This document shows, one piece after another, positions 50,288-57,990 of a DNA stretch of 57,990 nucleotides. The DNA comes from Girardia tigrina. Taxonomy: Eukaryota. The translations under genes and the position numbers were made by a program. Every line of letters begins with the position of its first letter. The first letter of the stretch is position 1. A model generated the notes under the pieces. It was not told where the DNA came from. It was given only the letters and a program-made list of their open reading frames with translations, and did no database searches. Location of the stretch: positions 1 to 57,990 of the forward strand of contig MQRK01240826.1 of assembly GCA_001938485.1 (NCBI GenBank), read 5' to 3'.

Positions 50288-52589
50288 TATATATATATAT
50301 ATATTTAAAAGTCTAGGTATTACGTTGGGGAATACCATTTAGCATTTTAGAAGCTCAAATTAAATAAATTTTTCTTATAAAAATTAACAGTAAATTAATA
50401 TAACTAATGTATTAAAGCTAATAAAATTTGGATAATTTGTTCCTCGAAATCATTCAATCGTTTGTTAATAATGACAAAAGTGCAAATCAAAGCAACTCAT
50501 TATATGGTCATTAAAGGATGCCCAACGAATAATAATTTATTGAATGCTAGAAATCACAATTAACCATTGCCAAATTTTTTCAATGGTGAAATCTTTTTAA
50601 TGGATCTCAAGTCAATTAAATAAAATAATTTGTCTTTTCTTCCTTTAATTATAAATTTAAAATAATTTTCTTCATAATCGAATTGAATTAGAATTTTTAA
50701 AATGTTTAAATAAATTTCAGTGAATTCCATTTTATATCTCATTTACGAATATAATGTTTAAAATAAGCATATGATAAAAATCTTTTCAAGTTTTTAAACT
50801 AGATATTCTAAAGGTTCACCAAACTAACTTACTTTCTGGAGTGCCCAGAAGAAAATTATAGACAATGTTTAAGAAATTTATCAAAAATAGTCTAATGGGG
50901 TTATATTTCCACTGACTCTAAACTATTTTAATCAATTTTTTAACACCAAAAGACATTATAGCTAGCGACATGAAGAAATCATTACAGATTCATTTTGAGG
51001 AGAGCTACCGGCAACTAACTTTATTAGTAACATACATGTTTCCAATATTCTAATTATCTGTTTTCCCTGAGAAACCACTTTGAGGTATGCCCAACTGGCT
51101 AATGTAAAGTCCCATCATACTAGTGAACAATTGTTAATTTATGATTTTGAACATGTCACTTTGTAAATAACATTAACAGATTGAATTTCATCTTTGTGGT
51201 TGATCAGAGATTTTTCCCTTTGTAAGAAGGATGTCATTTTGTGACTCATATATACTGCTATTAATATTGAATTATTACTTCACAGCAAATATTTTAAACA
51301 AAATATAAAAACAGAATTTATTTATACTAATACTTTGAATCAAAATGGTTCAGTGCATTCATTGAAAATTAGATAAAAAATATTTTTATTTTGATAAAAT
51401 ACACTTTGACACATTTATTGTCAAAGATTCATTAATTTCGGTTGATTACAGTTAAATTCATTTGATTTTCAAGACGAGTGGATATAAAATGCATTTTTTC
51501 TCATTTAGTAATTTTTAGAAAAAAAGAAAAAAATCCTGTAAACTTCATTATTTGCAAAAAAATAACTTTTAAAAATTAAGTAGAATGATAATTAAATATT
51601 TTAACTTTGAATTTAAAAATATTAGTTTAATAAAAAAATTAATTGATTAAAAACAGATAACAGATAAAACAGTATTTTAAAAAATAATAATTTGTTTGAA
51701 TTTTGTTAAAACTTTTTTATTAAAATCTGTAAAATTTATTTGTTAAATTTTGAAATCAAATAAGGAGGTGAATAAAAAGTTAAATATCTAAAACAAAAAT
51801 ATTGAATATTAAATATACGCAAATTAATAGTTTTAAATATTTTATAAAATATTTAAAATTAAAAATTATTTTTATTTGATTTAAAATAAATTTAAAATTA
51901 TTGGGAAATAGAGATTTGCGGATTGATTACAAATTTTAAAAATAGTTGAAAATTTTGTTTGCATAATTGTTATTAATAAATATATAAATTGAGTTAAATG
52001 ACTTCTGATATTCGCCTGTTTAATAATGTTAAAATTATGAATGTAAAATATCCTTTATGGGTTTACTTAGACATTTTTAAAACTAAAATTTTCATGACTT
52101 TAATTGCTAAACTCAATTTAACTAATGTTAAAAATAACTTAAAATAATTTCAGAAAATTAATTTATTGTTTATTGTAAAAAAGTATATTATTTTAAAATA
52201 ATTTTTAAGTTACAAGGAAATTATAATATCAAATCTTTTTATAATATATAATGGGTTTCACAAGTGCTTCTTTTCCGTTTATATTTCTTTTTATCAATAA
52301 AATCTTGATAATTACTTTCTAATAATTTTGATTTATTTTTTTCAAGGAGATTTAATCGCTTAAATATATTGACATAGAATCAAAATTCAATATATAAATA
52401 TTTATGCTTAATGATAAAAAAGATGTTTTTATCTATAATTTATTTTCCTTTAAATTGTTTTGGCAAATGTCTTTTTTCAATAATTATTAATTTATGATAA
52501 TAATTTTGTAGGAAACAAAATCAAACTTCTTTTGCTATTAATATATATATATGAAATAAAAAACAGCCATTTTTTCAAATATTTATTCA

Positions 52590-52626
52590 TAAAAACTAGT
52601 TTTGACATATTGTCATCTTCAGTTGA
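52590..52626 (-). ncRNA. Hammerhead ribozyme, degenerate
   Basis: UCAA-CUGAAGA-U-GAC(aauau)GUC-AAAA-CUAG-UU; G12 is mutated. Confidence 0.5.
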
Positions 52627-54080
52627 CTAATTGAAATTTCAGATTTAAGTCCTTTTTATAAAGCGGTAGACTGTTGCGTAATATAACTAAATTTTAGGCT
52701 TTTTTTATTTACTTTAATTTAAAAAATTGACAAGAAAAAAATTTTAATTTTTGAAGTTCACAGTTCTTGGGACCACTGTATAATCCAGTATCAGTAGATT
52801 TTCGAAACACCTGTGTACTGTTGTTCATCGATATTCTGTTTATGAGAACGTCCAGAAATGAAATACTGTTAAATTTTTCAATTTCACAAGTGTATTTCAT
52901 GTTTGGATGTAATCCCTTCATAAATTTTAAAAACTCCTCAATATCAACATTATTTTGGAAAATTAGAAATATATCGTCTACATATCTCCTGTAGAGTAAG
53001 GGCAGAAAATTTACGCCATAAATTATGCTAGGGGAAGTGCTTTTGGTAAGGCACTGAAATCACTCTTAGAATTCAGTATAAAGGATGTGTCATTTATTTT
53101 CAATAATCAATGGTACATGCAAACTGATGGAGTCGCAATGGGGTCTCCCCTAGAACGTTAAGTATAACAGAATTATGGTAAATGGACTAGTGCATAAAGT
53201 ATAGAATTTATCTCCCTCATATGGGAATGTGGACGATGTTTAAACAACCTTCAAAATAGATTAGAAAAGAATAACTACAATAAAAATTATGTAAAAAAGG
53301 TAATTAGAGATGCCATTGACTCCATATTTAGGAAATCAAGTAATTAAAGTCATAACATAATAGAAGTTCCAAATAACACTGATAATCTGATAAATATCAC
53401 CTTAAAGATACCATTTTCTGGGGGATAAAAAAATTTCAAAATTCATTAATGAAAAGAACTCTTTCACTTTTTAAATTGAGGGTAATTTTTACCACAAATA
53501 AAGTTTCTGGTTTCTTTTCTAATAAATCAAAAACTCCATTGAGTGTGCAGGAAAATATAATATATCAGTTTAAATGTCACCAGTGCAAAGCCTTGTACAT
53601 TGGAGAGATAAACCGTCATCTTCAAACTAGAATTTCTGAACACACTCAATCGAGTCGAAACAGTTCCATTCTTAATCATATATTGAATTGTAGGGATCGA
53701 GAAAATATAGGGAGTGATAGAGAATTTAAAGTTTTATGTAAAAATTTTGACAATTATAAGGAGAGGATAAATCACTGAAGCATTGTTAATTAAGCATTAT
53801 AAACCATGCTTAAATGTTCAAAGTGATTCCTCAAATTATATTAAAATATTTTAATTCTTAGTTCTTTTTGTCTTTCGTTTCTTTTAAATTAAAAATAAAA
53901 AATGATTTAGTTATTTTTTTCTTTTTTTGAATAAAAATAAAATTTTGAATATTGATTTTTTAGAAGTTTTTTTCTTGTTAATTTTTTAAATTAAAGTAAT
54001 TATAAAAGCCTTAAATTGAGTAATATTACGTAACAGCCTACCGCTTTATAAAAAGGAATTAAATCTGAAATTTCAATTAG

Positions 54081-54117
54081 TCAACTGAAGATGACAATAT
54101 TGGAAAACTAGTTTTGA
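54081..54117 (+). ncRNA. Hammerhead ribozyme, degenerate
   Basis: UCAA-CUGAAGA-UGACAAUAUUG-GAAAA-CUAG-UU/UUGA; stem II is damaged. Confidence 0.5.
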
Positions 54118-54161
54118 TAAATAAATATTTGGAAAAATCAAAAAACGATCATCAGAATTTA

Positions 54162-54203
54162 TTGTGATTAATTTCGACGGATCAACCGTCATCATCAGAC
54201 TGA
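54162..54203 (-). ncRNA. Minimal hammerhead ribozyme (core intact)
   Basis: GU-CUGAUGA-U-GACGG(uugau)CCGUC-GAAA-UUAA-UC/AC-AAUAAA; AUC triplet, short stem I. Confidence 0.75.
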
Positions 54204-57200
54204 ATTAACAATGATATACTCGCGTTTATATACCAAAGCAATGTTTATGTAATCATTATGTCATTTAAATCATGAAAATACTTTCAATAAAGTTGAAGAT
54301 TTTAAAAATAGTCTATCATCATTTTTTAAATATTTGAAAAAATGGTTGTTTTTTTATTATTTTTTAACCTTTTATCGATTGCCATTGAAATTAATTTTAA
54401 AGTATATATATATATATATATATATTGTCTTAAGTTCAACTTAAACTAGTCAACATTAGAAAACTTAAAAGGCTTTTAAAAAAATCATAAGGTTTGATAT
54501 TTGTGGAGAAACTAATGTAAATTATTACTTGATACGTTCATTTCGTATCCAAAATATAGAAATTTTTATTAGGTTCGAGATTGAAATCAGAATTCATGAT
54601 AAAATATTTTTATTAATATAAACATATACCGATTTTAAATTGTGAATAATTATTTATTCGGAATTTTAAGGTTTTATATAAAATTGGAAAGTTATGTGTT
54701 TTTTTACAATTTTATCTTAAATTAAATTTTTTTATTAATGCTTTTTCAACGGATTTACAAAATTTTCGTTTTTTTTCATATTTTACAATTTCATTATCTG
54801 TGTTTTGATTTACTCATCCATTTTAATTTATTTGTGACATGATTCTTAATTTTTGAAAACTTTCGTTAAAGCTTAATTCTTGATTTTAAACTTAACTTTA
54901 ACAATTTATTCCTTTGATTTTCTTTTACGTTAAAACTTAGTTTTAATTATTTGTGAAATAACTAATTCTGGATTTTAAAACTTTACGTTAAAACTTCATT
55001 CTAGATTTTAAACTTTTCTTTAATAATTAATTTTTGATTTTGTTAAAAAAATCCAACTTTAATTATTTATTACAATTTAATTAGAAAACACTAGTTTTTT
55101 ATTTTAACTTAGATTTAAATTTTGTACACTGAATTTTAATTAGATACTGAATTTGAAATATCTTAGATGTTAAAAAAATTAAATATTGAAAAATTTCAAA
55201 TTGGCCAGAAATCCTTACAATAATAATAATATTGAGTTTTTATGTGTAAAGTTGCTTTTTTTCTAATGATAAATATTATTGTATAAAACTTGCTCGTTTT
55301 ATAATTTTTTTTATCTTGTTTGGTTTGTGTTTATTGAATTTGTTTAGTATTTTTAAATCAGTGAAGTTTCTTTTTTAGTACAATTTATGAAAATAAAAAG
55401 AACAATATTTTGATATTAATTATATCATCTGTATCTAATCATCATTGAATCTTTTATTCAAAAGAAGGCAAAGTAATTGTCTCAGTGGATATGAGTTTAT
55501 TCTCGGGATATATTTCAAAAGGGAGTCACCTTAAGAGTAAGGGTACTGGTAGAAGTGGTAGTGGCTTAATTTGGTCCTTGTTTATTTGAAAATCTTTAAT
55601 TTGTACATGTTATTTAGTTGTACAAAGTACCTTTTTAAGTTGAATTTTCATGATTAAATTTTATTTATCTTGCACAAAAACTTCAAAGGATTTACCAAGT
55701 AAATATTTGGTTTTAAAGTAGAATTTCAAAGTTTTTGAGTTTAAATTTGTGTTATATTTATGTTATATTTAGTTTTAAAACACAGTAATTTTGTAGAACA
55801 TACACCTATTATCCGTACAGTAAACTACTAATTTTGCACATTCCAAAAAACTCACTCAAATTTCAAATCAAAAATCAAAAATAAAAATGTCACTCAGATA
55901 GTTATATTTTAATATTAACAAATAATAAATATTTTAGTTAGTTAACTTATTTATTGTAATTTTGTAATACATCTGCTTGGAAACGCTGGTCCCAAAATAA
56001 GCTTATTTGCTACTTGTTTAATGTTAATACTATAAAGTTAATGTTTTATTTTATATAAGTTAATGTTATTTTCAGACACTAAAATAATAAAAAAAATAAA
56101 ATTTAAGTGTAGTTTAGTTCATGAATGCCGAAACAATTAATTTGTCTTTTAAACGAATTAAATGTTTTCTAAAACAACTTTGTATATAGTTATTTCCTTA
56201 ACCAAGTTTATTTCGGTTTGGAAACCTTGTTAAGAAGTCAGGTAAAATATTTGTCTGTTTTATGGTGTATACTTTGGAAATATTTTTCAGTAACCGTCTC
56301 TCAAACATGCCCTCCCAAAGAATGAAATGCTATTGAGGGTCATTGTTAGCTTTAACCTTATTACTATGGTTGAATTTTCCTTTTCTTAGAATATATTTTA
56401 TTTTATTTTTACAGAAGAACAACATTAAGTAGATTATTAATTTTTATTTTTTAATATGATAATATAAAATTTGCCATAATATATATGATTATTATCATTC
56501 TCCAGAAAACTGTATCGTATCTTCTATTTATTAATATTAATTCAATAAAACTGAACACATAATATATTATTTTTTAATCAAATTTTTAAAAACGTTTAGA
56601 AAATCTAAATTTTTTAATTTGTGTTTCTGTTGATTGGTCATATTAATAAATACTTACATCAAAATTGCAAATCACTAAAATTATTATTAATAAAATAAAA
56701 GAGCTTCATTTCTTTGATGATACTCGAATTCGACTAAAATATCCCTTAATTTTCAATTTGATTTATTTATTTAAATTAACACAGCAAATCTAAATTCTGA
56801 GAGATAAAAAAGTAAGATATGATAAATATTTATATTTTAGTAAATTATGTTGTCATTGTTGTATGGTATTTTTCATAAACAAATTATTACCAACAAAGTA
56901 AGCATCAATTTATATTAATGTGTTTATTTGATGAATATTAAAAAGAAGCTATTAAAATTTGTTGCATTTTCAATTTGTCTGTTAAGTACATTTTGATGAC
57001 CGATTGTCGCTGGCATTAATAGAGGAAATAAATATTCAAGTGCAATATCTCCAATTCGAATGGTCATTATAATTAGTTCATCTGTAATTTATTTGCATTT
57101 TCCATATGTACACATCACAGTGTACTAATCATCATTAAAGTAATGACATCTTTCTACATATATTATCTTAATGTAAACTATTTACTTGACACGTTCATTA

Positions 57201-57361
57201 ATATTTAATTAATTTACCCATTTATATACAATATATCCAAATATTGTATAAATAATTCACCTGTTTTTAAAAATGAAATCTTTTCCATTCTTTTTATTAG
57301 CTTACTTTGTATATATTTATATATTTATATATAGTTTTTTTAAAAAAATATTTTATTGATA

Positions 57362-57650
57362 TTTAAAAAACTTTAATATGATTAGATGAATCACCTTGCA
57401 CGTTTAAGCATGGTTTATGATGCTTTATTAACAATGCTTCGGCAATAATCCTTTCATAATTTGTGTCAAAATTATTTAAAATCACTTTAAAATCTTTATT
57501 GTAATCCATAAGATTACCTTTACATCTTTTAATATGGCTCAATATCGAACTATTTCTACTCAATTGAGTATGTTCAGCAATTCTAGTCCGGAGATGACGA
57601 CTTGTCCCTCAAATGTACAAGGCTTCGCACTTGTGACATTTAAATTGATT
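57362..57650 (-). mobile_element. Penelope-like GIY-YIG C-terminal fragment
   Basis: FKCHKCEALYI..TSRHLRTRIAEHTQLSRNSSILSHIKRC...ERIIAEALLIKHHKPCLNVQ; closely related to 53560-53835. Confidence 0.85.
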
Positions 57651-57990
57651 AAATTATTTGTGACATTTAAATTGATTATTAAAGTTTTTTAAATATCATA
57701 AAAATTATATATAGTTATATATTCTATATGGTTATATATGTGTATATCCATGGAATTTAGAAACCTATCAATTTTCTCCAAACTTTGCACACTTTCCTGA
57801 ACAATTTTAATGGAAAAAGATCTACTTTTAAATTATTAGTAGTTTATATTATTTTTTTTATTTTTTTTGTTTTTTATTATATTTTTAATTAAAACTTTGT
57901 TGGCAAAGTAGAGTTCTGTCTGCATAATGAAATTTATTTTTTTGATTTACTAATTTCCATTCTATTTATTAGCCTACTTTATATATATAT

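Larger units (their letters stand above)
52570..54137 (+). mobile_element. Penelope-like element with inverted pseudo-LTRs and an internally inverted RT segment
   Basis: ~170-190-bp inverted repeat (52570-52745 / 53965-54137). Minus strand: YRRYVDDIF...ISFLDV...FRKSTDTGLY. Plus strand: YMQTDGVAMGSPL and IYQFKCHQCKALYIGEINRHLQTRISEH. Confidence 0.9.

Noticed and set aside
46553-57990. A third liprin-alpha exon (expected ...ELKAERNNTRLLLEHLE...)
   Set aside because: Not found by eye; it presumably lies beyond the window.

Overview
Very AT-rich eukaryotic (animal) genomic DNA with several assembly N-gaps. A planarian/flatworm source is my inference from composition and TE content, not something shown directly. 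One host gene is recognisable: liprin-alpha (PPFIA/SYD-2), with two coding exons (39502-39549 and 46355-46552) joined in phase 0; the gene continues beyond the window. The rest is mostly nested, decayed transposable elements: Tc1/mariner families (DD37E, DD37D/maT, IS630/Gambol-like, mauritiana- and cecropia-type mariners, an intron-bearing Tc1), pogo/Tigger, several hATs, a MULE, piggyBac MITEs, a Helitron, a Ginger1 derivative carrying zinc-finger and OTU cargo, Gypsy/Mag LTR elements with solo LTRs, and Penelope-like elements (PLEs). Nine intact or degenerate minimal hammerhead ribozymes are present, most of them at PLE 3' ends. The most unusual object is a 1.2-kb chimeric Mag-type retroelement (24213-25424): partial LTR, then the probable 5'UTR and first 32 codons of Hsp90 fused in frame to an integrase core, then a PPT and a full short LTR. 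An intact 241-aa orphan ORF with an atypical zinc finger (26102-26827) also deserves follow-up. No prokaryotic systems (CRISPR etc.) are seen. All family calls come from motif recognition by eye; no database searches were run.
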